Below, piece after piece: positions 23,577 to 32,046 of a DNA stretch of 64,000 bases. The notes beneath the pieces are model-generated. The model was not told the DNA's origin. It did no database searches and saw only the letters and a program-made list of their open reading frames with translations. How positions within the stretch are numbered: the stretch's first letter is position 1; every line of letters starts with the position of its first letter. This stretch comes from Thermoanaerobaculia bacterium (GTDB taxonomy: Bacteria > Acidobacteriota > Thermoanaerobaculia > Gp7-AA8): positions 14,161 to 78,160 of the forward strand of contig JADGNY010000004.1 in NCBI GenBank assembly GCA_017883235.1. The letters are read 5' to 3'. The position numbers and the translations under genes are program-made.

Positions 23577-24539
23577 ATGAAACGCCTCGCCTTCGCCCTT
23601 CTCTTCGCCGCCCTCACCGCCCGCGCTGATACGCTCCTCATCCTTAACAAATCCGATGCGACCTTGATGTTCGTCGATCCGGTGACGTTGAAGACGCTCG
23701 GTACGATACCGACGGGCGATGGGCCGCACGAGGTTGCGGTGTCGGATGATGGAAAGATCGCCGTCGTCGCGAACTATGGAACCGCGCCCAATCCGGGGAC
23801 CACGCTTTCGGTCGTCGACGTTCCGAACCGGAAGGAACTGCGGCGTGTCGCGCTTCCCGGCCTTTTGCGGCCGCATGGGATCACCGCGGTCGGATCGCGA
23901 TTCTGGTTCACGGCCGAGGGGAGCCGGGTCATCGCGCGGTACGACGCGGCGGCCGACCGCATCGACTTCGTCAGCGGAAGCGGCGCGGACACCACGCACA
24001 TGATCATCGTTCCGCGCGGTGAGAAGACGGTCTACACGGCCAATATCGGCTCGAACAGCGTCACTGTCTTCGATCTGAGCCGCGCGCCGCGCGACATTTT
24101 CATCAAGCAGATTCCGGTCGTCAAAGGGCCTGAAGGGATGGATCTCGCGCCGGACGCGTCGGAGCTGTGGGTTGCCTCGCGCGTCGCGAACGGGGGGATC
24201 GCCATCATCGATCCCAAGTCCGGGACGGTCACGCAAACCCTTCCGACGACGACGAAGGTGGCCAACCGGGTGAAGTTCACGAACGACGGCAAGTGGGTGC
24301 TCGTCTCCGATACGGACGCGAACGTGGTGCTCGTTTTCGACGCGGCAACGAAAGAGATGATCAAGTCGGTCGAGATGGCCGAGGGCCCTTCGGGGATTCT
24401 CATGGCGCCGGACGGCCAGCGCGCCTTCGTCGCCTGTGCGAACGCGAAAAAGGTGCAGATCATGGAGCTCAAATCGTTCTCGATCACGCACGAGATCGAG
24501 ACAGGGAACGTGCCGGACGGATTGGCGTACGCGCGGTGA
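23577..24539 (+). CDS. YVTN family beta-propeller repeat protein, secreted.
   Basis: Signal peptide. Repeated about 40-aa units (VYTANIGSNSVTVFD, LWVASRVANGGIAIID, VLVSDTDANVVLVFD) are typical of YVTN/40-residue repeats. Confidence 0.75.
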   Translation: MKRLAFALLFAALTARADTLLILNKSDATLMFVDPVTLKTLGTIPTGDGPHEVAVSDDGKIAVVANYGTAPNPGTTLSVVDVPNRKELRRVALPGLLRPHGITAVGSRFWFTAEGSRVIARYDAAADRIDFVSGSGADTTHMIIVPRGEKTVYTANIGSNSVTVFDLSRAPRDIFIKQIPVVKGPEGMDLAPDASELWVASRVANGGIAIIDPKSGTVTQTLPTTTKVANRVKFTNDGKWVLVSDTDANVVLVFDAATKEMIKSVEMAEGPSGILMAPDGQRAFVACANAKKVQIMELKSFSITHEIETGNVPDGLAYAR

Positions 24540-24540
24540 C

Positions 24541-24632
24541 CCCCCTGGGACCGCGCGCGTCTCGCGCGCGCGGTTGAGCAGGATGCTGCCAAGAACGCGC
24601 GGGCGGGACGCCCGCGGTCCCAGGGGGGGGTT
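24541..24632. terminator. Long GC-rich inverted repeat between convergent genes (bidirectional terminator-like).
   Basis: CCCCCTGGGACCGCGCG......CGCCCGCGGTCCCAGGGGGGGG: 14-17 bp arms flanking an internally structured 60-nt spacer. Confidence 0.5.
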
Positions 24633-25047
24633 ACGACTCCACGTACGGCGCGAGCTTTTCGCGCACGAGATCCGGCACGGCGGTCGGCTTGAATTCGCCG
24701 CGTTTCACGGCCACGAGGATGTACTTCCCGGTGGCTACGACGATGTCCGGCGCGTCGGTGCGACGCACCTCGAAGTTGAGGTGGATCGAGCTGGCGCCGA
24801 TCTTTCCGAAGTAGGCATCGACGATGAGCAGCTCATCAAGCGTTACGGGATGGAAGAAGTCGCACTCCACGTGAACGCGGGGAAGCCACAGGCCGAGGTC
24901 GTCGAAAAGCGTTCGATACGAGAGACCGCAGGAGCGGAAGAGCTCGACCTCGGCCAGACCGAAGAAGCGCAGGTAGGCCTGGTAGTTGATGATGCCGGCG
25001 GCATCGATGTCTTCCCAGCGAACGTATTCAGACACGGAAAAGCGCAT
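24631..25047 (-). CDS. Acyl-CoA thioesterase (hotdog fold, YbgC/4HBT family).
   Basis: VRWEDIDAAGIINYQAYLRFFGLAEVELFRSCG...YILVAVKRGEFKP are 4HBT-like motifs. Confidence 0.85.
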   Translation of the reverse strand: MRFSVSEYVRWEDIDAAGIINYQAYLRFFGLAEVELFRSCGLSYRTLFDDLGLWLPRVHVECDFFHPVTLDELLIVDAYFGKIGASSIHLNFEVRRTDAPDIVVATGKYILVAVKRGEFKPTAVPDLVREKLAPYVES

Positions 25048-25067
25048 GGCCTTAGAATTCGCGACTT

Positions 25068-26354
25068 ATGAAAGAAACGCTGACAAAACTTATCACGGCT
25101 CTTGCCTTCTCTCTTTTCGCCTTCGCTGCTTTCGCCGCTGACGCACCGCCGAAGGTTGTCGTTCTCCGCGCGGCGCGCCTCATCGACGGCCGCGGCGGCA
25201 ACGTCGTCTCTCCAGGCGTGATCGTCGTGCGCGGCAACAGGATCGAATCGATCGGCGGTGCCGTTCCCGCGGGCGCGCAGGTGATCGACCTCGGCGACAT
25301 GACCTTGTTGCCCGGCCTGATCGACGCGCATGTCCACACGCTGTTGCAGGGCGACATCACCTCCGAGGATTACGACGTGCAGCTCTTCAAGGAATCGCTT
25401 CCGTATCGCGCGCTGCGCGCGACGAAAGCCCTGAAGATCGCGCTCGGCAATGGATTCACGACCGTGCGGGATGTCGAGACCGAGGGGGCGATGTACACGG
25501 ACGTCGATCTCAAACACGCCATCAACAACGGCATCATCGACGGGCCGCGCATGGTGGTCTCGACGCGGGCGATGTCGGTTACCGGCGGCTATGGTCCCAG
25601 CGGCTACGCACCGGACGTCACGTATCCGATGGGCGTGCAGATCGTCGACGGGGTGGAGCAGGCGCGCAAGGCCGTCCGCGAGCAGATCGCCCACGGCGCC
25701 GACTGGATCAAGGTGTACGCGGACCGCTCGTACTTCGTGACGAAGGACGGGACCCTATCATCGACGCCGACCTTCAACGCCGAGGAGATGAAGGCCATCG
25801 TCGAAGAAGCGCACAGGCTGCGTCACAAAGTGGCCGCCCACGCCATGGCCCGGCCGGGAATCGAGAACGCGCTCAACGCCGGTGTCGACTCGATCGAGCA
25901 CGGCATCGCCATTCCTGACGATCTGCTCGATGTCATGGTGGCCAAAGGGACGTATCTCTGCCCGACCTTGATCGTCACCGAGTACGTGGCGCCGGGCCGG
26001 GGCGGCATCTGGACGAAGATTCCCGCGTTTCATCGCGACAGTTTTTCGCGCGCGTTGAAGCGCGGCGTGAAGATCGCCTTCGGTACCGATGCCGGCGGCT
26101 TCGCCTGGGACGCGATCAACGAGGCGAAGGAGTTCGAGTACGAGACCCGCTACGGCATGACGCCGATGCAGGCCATCCAGACAGCGACGCGCAATGCCGC
26201 CGATCTGCTCGACATGTCCGACCGCATCGGCACGATCGAAGCGGGCAAGTTCGCCGACATCGTGGCCGTGCCGGGCAATCCTCTGAGCGATATCACGGCG
26301 ATGGAGCGGGTGGCCTTCGTGATGAAGGATGGGAACGTTTATAAACGGCCGTGA
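25068..26354 (+). CDS. Amidohydrolase family metallo-hydrolase, secreted.
   Basis: Signal peptide; LPGLIDAHVH metal-binding motif, later HG..D...HG and D motifs of the amidohydrolase superfamily. Confidence 0.85.
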   Translation: MKETLTKLITALAFSLFAFAAFAADAPPKVVVLRAARLIDGRGGNVVSPGVIVVRGNRIESIGGAVPAGAQVIDLGDMTLLPGLIDAHVHTLLQGDITSEDYDVQLFKESLPYRALRATKALKIALGNGFTTVRDVETEGAMYTDVDLKHAINNGIIDGPRMVVSTRAMSVTGGYGPSGYAPDVTYPMGVQIVDGVEQARKAVREQIAHGADWIKVYADRSYFVTKDGTLSSTPTFNAEEMKAIVEEAHRLRHKVAAHAMARPGIENALNAGVDSIEHGIAIPDDLLDVMVAKGTYLCPTLIVTEYVAPGRGGIWTKIPAFHRDSFSRALKRGVKIAFGTDAGGFAWDAINEAKEFEYETRYGMTPMQAIQTATRNAADLLDMSDRIGTIEAGKFADIVAVPGNPLSDITAMERVAFVMKDGNVYKRP

Positions 26355-26418
26355 GACCTTATCCGCAGATGACGCAGATGGACACAGATGAGATGAGCTA
26401 AGCGTTACTCTTACCGCC

Positions 26419-27204
26419 GTGTCCAATCTTCTCGTCGTCGACGTCGGCAACACGAACATCGTTCTTGGCGTCTTTCGCGGCGATGCACTCGTCAGCTCCT
26501 GGCGGCTGGCCACGGCGCGCGAGCGAACTTCGGATGAGTACGGGATTCTGGCGCGGCAACTCATCGGCGAGGCGTTCTCCGATGCATTCGAGGGAGCGAT
26601 CGTGTCGTCGGTCGTGCCGCCGCTCAATCACGCGATCGCCTCGATGGTTCGCAAGTTTTTCGGGCTCGATCCGCTCTTCGTCGAGCCGGGAGTGAAGACC
26701 GGCATCGCCATCCACACCGACAACCCGCAGGAAGTCGGCGCCGACCGCATCGTCAATTGCGTGGCCGCGCACGCGGAGTACGGCGGGCCGGCCATCATCG
26801 TCGACTTCGGCACGGCCACGACCTTCGATGTGGTGACGCACGATGCGCGCTACATCGGCGGCGTGATCGCGCCAGGCCTGACCATTTCCGCCGAGGCGCT
26901 TTTCGCCAGAGCCGCGCGGCTGCCGCGCGTCGACATCCGCCGGCCGGAGACTGTGATTGGTACGAACACGATCGTGAACATGCAGTCGGGCATCTATTTC
27001 GGTTATCTCGGCCTGGTGGACGGCATCCTCGGACGGATGAAGCGCGAAGTTCCCGACGTGCGGACAGTGGTGGCCACGGGCGGCCTGGCGTCGCTCCTCG
27101 CCCCCGACTCCGAGTACATCGAGCATGTCGACGACGACTTGACGCTGAAAGGGCTGAAGATCGTCTACGAACGGAACAGAGCGCCGAGGCGAGGGCGGAA
27201 GTGA
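26419..27204 (+). CDS. coaX: Type III pantothenate kinase CoaX.
   Basis: MSNLLVVDVGNTNIVLGVF..., GADRIVN, IIVDFGTATTFD and TGGLA motifs. Confidence 0.92.
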   Translation: MSNLLVVDVGNTNIVLGVFRGDALVSSWRLATARERTSDEYGILARQLIGEAFSDAFEGAIVSSVVPPLNHAIASMVRKFFGLDPLFVEPGVKTGIAIHTDNPQEVGADRIVNCVAAHAEYGGPAIIVDFGTATTFDVVTHDARYIGGVIAPGLTISAEALFARAARLPRVDIRRPETVIGTNTIVNMQSGIYFGYLGLVDGILGRMKREVPDVRTVVATGGLASLLAPDSEYIEHVDDDLTLKGLKIVYERNRAPRRGRK

Positions 27205-27206
27205 GG

Positions 27207-28823
27207 GTGGCAGCCCGGAGCGCTGGCGTCTCGCCGGCTGGCCGGGCGGAGCCTGCCCTGAGCGAAGCCGAAGGGTCTCGCCGCCCGTGGGCAAGACCCA
27301 ATACATTCGCTGGTAACGGTAACCCCGGCGGCGAGACGCCGCCGGGCCAGCCGGCGAGACGCCAGCGCTCCGGTGCCGTAGCAGCGGCACTGCTCCTCCT
27401 GGCCGCCAACGCATTCGCCGGCTCCCAGGTCACGGCCACCCACGCCGCCCTGGCGACATCCTCCCCCGCGGCGACGCAGATCGGCCTGCGTATCCTCAAG
27501 AGCGGCGGCAATGCCATCGACGCAGCCGTCGCAGTCTCGTTTGCGCTCGGCGTGCTCGAGCCGAAAGCGACAGGCATCGGCGGCGGCGGATTTCTCATCT
27601 ACTACGAGGCCGAGACCGGCGGCGTCTGGACGCTCGACTTTCGCGAGGCCGCGCCGGCAGCGGCGAAACGGCCGCCAGGTACCGCGGCTTTCATCGGTGC
27701 GACGGCGGCGGCCATTCCTGGATTCGTGGCTGGACTCGAGGCGATGCACGGCCGCTTCGGCTCCCTTCCATGGCGCGAGCTTCTCGCGCCCGCCAACCGT
27801 CTGGCGAAGGACGATCTGGCCAAAACTCTGCAGCGCCTCGGCGAACAGGGAGCACGCGATTTCTACGCCGGGGAGCTGGCCAACAAGGTGGTCGAAGCGG
27901 TGCGCGCGGCCGGCGGCACGTTCTCGCTGCGCGATCTGCGCGACTACAAGCCGGTCTGGCGCGCGCCGGTGCGCATCGCCTTTCGGGGCGCCGACATCTA
28001 TACCGTCGCACCGCCGGCGGCCGGCGGTCTGATGCTCGGATCGATTCTGAAGATCGTGAGTGGACTCGCTCTGGGCAAGCCGAACTACATTCACCTGCTC
28101 GCTGAGGCCGAGCGGCGCGCGGCGATCGACCGCGACAAGTTTCTGGCCGACCCTGCCGGGGAACGCGTGCCGATGAGCGATCTCCTCTCCGATGAGCGGG
28201 CCGCCCTCTGGCGCGCCTCGATCGATCCGAACCGCGTGACGCCGACAAGTGGATTGACAGAGCCCGGCGCGGTCACAACGCAATCGGCCCACACGACGCA
28301 CATCTCCATCGTCGATGCGCACGGCAACGTCGTTTCGCTGACGACCTCCGTCGGCGACGAGAGCGGAGGCGGCTTTCCCGTGCCCGGAACCGGCGTCGTG
28401 CTGAACACCGCGATGAACGATTTCGGCGGCGCGCCGAACTCCGTGGCCGGCGGCAACCGCCCGGCGTCACCCCTTTCGCCGGTGATCGTGCTGCGCGGGG
28501 GAAAGCCGGTCCTCGCCATCGGCACGCCAGGCGGCCCGACCATCCCGACGACGATCGCGCAGATTCTGCTCGACATCCTCGCCTTCAACCGCCCGCTCGG
28601 AGAGGCGATCGCGGCACCCCGTTTTTCCCAACAGGCAACGCCGGAAGAAGTTACCTACGAGCAGGGCCGCACGCCGCAATCGGCGGTCGATGCTCTGCTT
28701 GCCATGGGGCACGGCGTTCGCGCACGCGAGCCGTTCGGCGACGTGCAGGCGGTGTCGATCGACGGTAGAAGGCTGCTGGCGATCTCCGATCCGCGTGGCG
28801 GGGGGGCGGCGGGGGGGTATTAG
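27207..28823 (+). CDS. ggt: Gamma-glutamyltranspeptidase.
   Basis: TTHISIVDAHGNVVSLTTSVGDESGGGFPVPGTGVVLNTAMNDF and GTPGGPTI are GGT motifs. The signal-like segment AVAAALLLLAANAFAG begins right after the repeat. The only in-frame canonical start upstream of the signal peptide is a GTG at 27201/27207 before the MITE, so the start is uncertain. The track ORF 26757.. overlaps coaX and was rejected. Confidence 0.8.
   Translation: MAARSAGVSPAGRAEPALSEAEGSRRPWARPNTFAGNGNPGGETPPGQPARRQRSGAVAAALLLLAANAFAGSQVTATHAALATSSPAATQIGLRILKSGGNAIDAAVAVSFALGVLEPKATGIGGGGFLIYYEAETGGVWTLDFREAAPAAAKRPPGTAAFIGATAAAIPGFVAGLEAMHGRFGSLPWRELLAPANRLAKDDLAKTLQRLGEQGARDFYAGELANKVVEAVRAAGGTFSLRDLRDYKPVWRAPVRIAFRGADIYTVAPPAAGGLMLGSILKIVSGLALGKPNYIHLLAEAERRAAIDRDKFLADPAGERVPMSDLLSDERAALWRASIDPNRVTPTSGLTEPGAVTTQSAHTTHISIVDAHGNVVSLTTSVGDESGGGFPVPGTGVVLNTAMNDFGGAPNSVAGGNRPASPLSPVIVLRGGKPVLAIGTPGGPTIPTTIAQILLDILAFNRPLGEAIAAPRFSQQATPEEVTYEQGRTPQSAVDALLAMGHGVRAREPFGDVQAVSIDGRRLLAISDPRGGGAAGGY
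27217..27371. mobile_element. MITE-like palindromic repeat element, copy B, between coaX and ggt and in frame with ggt.
   Basis: GGAGCGCTGGCGTCTCGCCGGCTGGCC...GGCCAGCCGGCGAGACGCCAGCGCTCC. It has the same terminal inverted repeats and internal GAGCCTGCCCTGAGCGAAGCCGAAGGGTCTCGCCGC as copy A. Confidence 0.8.
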
Positions 28824-28824
28824 G

Positions 28825-29245
28825 CGCATCGCTCCAATTTGATGCGATATCGGTCCGATTTGGAGCGGCATCGATCCAATCTGATGCGGTATCGGTCCAA
28901 TCTGATGCGGCATCGGTCCAATCTGATGCGGCATCGATCCAATCTGATGCGGCATCGATCCAATCTGATGCGGCATCGATCCAATCTGATGCGGCATCGA
29001 TCCAATCTGATGCGGCATCGATCCAATTTGGAGCGGTATCGATCCAATTTGGAGCGAATTCGATCCAATTTGGAGCGGCATCGATCCAATTTGGAGCGAA
29101 TTCGATCCGTCTGGAGCGGCATCGATCCAATTTGGAGCGAATTCGATCCGTCTGGAGCGGCATCGGTCCAATTTGGTGCGATTTCGGACCAATTTGAACC
29201 GGTACCGGAACGCTCCGATGCGACATCGGAACGGCAGATATCGAT
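28825..29245. repeat. Tandem array of about 20 units of 21 bp (consensus CGGCATCGATCCAATCTGATG) with higher-order 41-42 bp periodicity.
   Basis: Units are readable directly. Subfamilies end in ...AATCTGATG (units 3-9) or ...AATTTGGAG (units 10-16), alternating CGGCATCGAT/CGAATTCGAT. Unit junctions create GATGC-G-GCATC palindromes. The stretch is GC-poor relative to the genome. Confidence 0.9.
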
Positions 29246-29442
29246 ATCAGCAACCTATAGGTTCCTGTTTCCGCAACGACGTGGTTACGGAACCTTTTGC
29301 CGGGCTGATACGTCTTACCTGAGTCGAATCGATTCAGACCACGTCACAGCGCATCGCTGCGGCGTGAAATGGCAGGCCAGGCATGGCCAAACGGTAGTCC
29401 CAAAACTCACGGAAACACGTAGTTGATGAAAGGAGAAACAAC

Positions 29443-30084
29443 ATGACAGTCACCCCGAGCCCTACACCCAGTCCCGACAGTCCGGCGGTCCTCGCCGCCA
29501 CAACAGCCGACGCGATCGCTGCGCAGCTTCGCACCATCGCCAGTACCTTGCAGTCAGCCGTGCCCGGTCTTCTGAAGTTCGACGCACGCCAAGTCAGGCG
29601 CATCGTGGCCAGCGCAAAATTCGGCAGCGAGTCCCTCGTGCCGACGATCAACGTTGTCTCTTCGGTACCCAAGGCGAAGGACCGCGACATGTTCGACGTC
29701 CACGCCGGTCAGCTCGCACTGCAGTACCGCGATCAGGTCCTTCCGCTGGCGAAACAGATCGGTGAGTTTGCCGCGGACCTCGAGTTCACGATCGACAACA
29801 TGCTGGCCGCTGCCGCCGTTCAAGCTCTCCAGACATACAGGTGGGCGCAGCACGTGGTCCGGCAGCCGGACGGCGCCGAGTTGCAGAGCTACGTCGATCA
29901 GATGTCGAGCGCGGTGAAGAAAACGATGAACCACCGCAAACCGGCCGCCTCGGCCCCGGCACCAACCCCAACACCCGCCGGCGCTCACGGCTTTCTGGCG
30001 CCGAACATCATTCCAGTCAAAAGCAACGAGCCCGAGGACGTTGCGGACCGCTTCGAACAGGCCCTGCGAGACGTAACCGAATGA
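29443..30084 (+). CDS. Hypothetical protein (Ala/Pro-rich ends).
   Basis: 213-aa ORF followed by a canonical terminator; no recognised domain. Confidence 0.5.
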   Translation: MTVTPSPTPSPDSPAVLAATTADAIAAQLRTIASTLQSAVPGLLKFDARQVRRIVASAKFGSESLVPTINVVSSVPKAKDRDMFDVHAGQLALQYRDQVLPLAKQIGEFAADLEFTIDNMLAAAAVQALQTYRWAQHVVRQPDGAELQSYVDQMSSAVKKTMNHRKPAASAPAPTPTPAGAHGFLAPNIIPVKSNEPEDVADRFEQALRDVTE

Positions 30085-30090
30085 TCAGGG

Positions 30091-30128
30091 ACAGGCGTAG
30101 CGCCGCCGGGCGCTACGCCTGTTTTTTC
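30091..30128 (+). terminator. Rho-independent terminator.
   Basis: ACAGGCGTAGCGCC-GCCG-GGCGCTACGCCTGT followed by TTTTTTCTC. Confidence 0.8.
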
Positions 30129-30815
30129 TCAAGCGCCGCGCGTCATCCTGCGCACCCCTTCGCCCGTGGCAATCAGCGCCTCGGTGGCCTCGACCGGGAA
30201 GAAGCCCGTTTCGACGACGCCGGCAAGTTTCCGAATATCGGCCACGACATCCGCGATGTCACTCTGCCCCGGAACGCGGACGTCGAGGATGAGGTGCCCT
30301 TCATCGGTAATGCGCGGCTGCCCATCGCGAAGGCGAAGCACCGGCGTGAGGCCCATCGCCGCGAATCGCTTCTCGAGAACGTCGCGCGCGAACGGCGTCA
30401 CTTCCACCGGCAGCACGCCAACCCCGAGCCGTTCGACGATCTTCGACTCATCGGCGATGACGATGAACCGCTTGGCTTGCTGCTCGACGATCTTCTCGCG
30501 CAACAGCGCGCCGCCGCGGCCTTTGATCAGCCGCAGTTGGGCGTCGATCTCGTCCGCCCCGTCGACAGCGAGATCGAGCGGCGAGATCTCCGCGAGGGCG
30601 AAGAGGGAAATGCCGAGCGGCCGCGCCTGATCCTCGGTCTGCTTCGAGGTGCACGTGCAGCGGATGTCGCGCAGATCGCCGCGCGCAAGCACTTCGCCGA
30701 GGAGGGTGACGAACTCTTTTGCCGTGCTGCCTGTGCCGAGGCCGAGCGACATACCGGATCGAACGGAACGGAGCGCTTCACGCGCCGCTTCAATCTTCTG
30801 TCGCTCGGCCTTCAC
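30129..30815 (-). CDS. rpiA: Ribose-5-phosphate isomerase A.
   Basis: GMSLGLGTGSTAKEFV (RpiA GxGTGST), FIVIADESK and DGADEID motifs. GTG start proposed at 30815. The 548-aa track ORF is a read-through from the upstream pseudogene fragment. Confidence 0.88.
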   Translation of the reverse strand: MKAERQKIEAAREALRSVRSGMSLGLGTGSTAKEFVTLLGEVLARGDLRDIRCTCTSKQTEDQARPLGISLFALAEISPLDLAVDGADEIDAQLRLIKGRGGALLREKIVEQQAKRFIVIADESKIVERLGVGVLPVEVTPFARDVLEKRFAAMGLTPVLRLRDGQPRITDEGHLILDVRVPGQSDIADVVADIRKLAGVVETGFFPVEATEALIATGEGVRRMTRGA

Positions 30816-30837
30816 AGGGTCGAGTGTAATCGAGAGA

Positions 30838-31640
30838 CTACGTTCTACGCGCCAGCGCCACGAAGCCGAGAGCGGCTGCGAGCAGTCCGAGCATCCAGGT
30901 GCTGAGCGCCGGGATCTGGCCGGCCGGGAAGATCGGAACGGTCTTCGGGCGGTGCGTTGAATGATCGACAGATCGGTCGAGGTGGCGAAGTTGACGATCT
31001 GGCCGAGCTCCGTGGCCGACAGACACTGGGTAGCGTTTGGAGACAGAAGATCGAGCGCGGCAGCTTGCGCGTTCGCCGCGGCCTTCGTTCCCTGGCCGGT
31101 GGCAAAGTTCAGGATTGCCTTCGTCTGTCCGGGAGCCAGCGTAATCGAGTACACCCAGAACGGATTGTCGTCTCCGTCTACGAAATTGATGTTGGAGACG
31201 GGAGTTGGTGCACCAGGTCCCCAGAACACGTGGCCGATGCGCGGATCGCTCGAAGTATTGCCGGAGAAGTTCTGAAACGACGTAGCCCAGGTGTCGGCGG
31301 TCGTGACGACGTTATCCCCGCTCGATGAGCTGACGATTCGCGTATTGCTGTCAGACCCGAGATTGTTGCTGGTGATCATCGTGAATGTGATTGGCGCACC
31401 GGTTGTGTTGGTGAAGTAGTTCATCCAGCGAATGAAGCGGTCGTTCGTCGGGACGAAAACCTTTCTGGTGACCGAGAGCCCGCCGATCGCCTTCGCGGGG
31501 TATTGGACCTGACGATTCGTGCACGCCGGGCCCGCGGGGCACCGTAGCGTCGAAAGCCGCGGGGCCGTTCTGGTTGAAGAACGAGAAATTCGCGTTGCCG
31601 GTCTGGCACGGGCCACCGCCAGCCGAGCGCGCCCCGAGGG
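30838..31640 (-). pseudogene. Truncated/frameshifted paralog of the IPTL-CTERM protein at 33674..35368.
   Basis: About 75 % DNA identity to 34150..34790 of the full paralog. The segment NRQVQYPAKAIGGLSVTRKVFVPTNDRFIRWMNYFTN... is in one frame; the sorting tail VPIFPAGQIPALSTWMLGLLAAALGFVALARRT* is in another frame. The DUF11 domain is missing. Confidence 0.6.
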
Positions 31641-32046
31641 GCCAGCTTTGCGATACAAGCTCAGTTGAACGCAGGTGACGCTCAGGCTGAAAAAACGCTT
31701 GATGCGTAAGCGGCGTCTGTCAATTGCGATTCCCACCCAGCATGCTGCGTAAGAGCTCTCGCCCGAACGCCTCACGCATTCTCGTTTCTTCTTTCGGCGC
31801 GGAAAGCACGGTGCGCACGTGCTCGTGAATGAGTGTCGGATCGGGAACGTAAGCGCGGACGAGGTACCAGACCGAGGCGGTGCGAATCGCCTCAGATGAT
31901 GAATCGAAAAACGCCTGACAGAGAGTGCGTTATGTCAATCCGAGCATGACGCCGAGGGGGCAAGCATTAGCCGCGTCGCCGTGGCCGGAAGGAGGTCGAG
32001 ATCTACCGCTCTCTGCTGTAGCGGTTGATCGGGCCTTCTTCTTGCT

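Noticed and set aside
26757-28823. The long 688-aa ORF as the ggt gene start.
   Set aside because: The first about 150 codons overlap coaX in another frame and then translate the MITE. The GGT homology and signal peptide begin only after 27372.
28825-29245. The 21-bp tandem array considered as a CRISPR array.
   Set aside because: The units are contiguous with no unique spacers. The 21-bp unit is shorter than CRISPR repeats plus spacer, and no cas genes are nearby.
28467-29426. Track ORFs translating the tandem array (28839..29426 +, heptad HRSNLMR; 28467..29192 -, MPHQIGS repeats; 28651..29253 -).
   Set aside because: They have no credible start or RBS, they overlap the ggt 3' end, their composition is purely repeat-driven, and the sequence beyond the array is not protein-like. 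Treated as noncoding repeat.
30129-31775. The 548-aa ORF reported as a single gene.
   Set aside because: The C-terminal 229 aa are a complete RpiA with its own GTG start and upstream context. The N-terminal part is a decayed paralog of the 33674 gene whose frame happens to read through. Split into rpiA plus a pseudogene.
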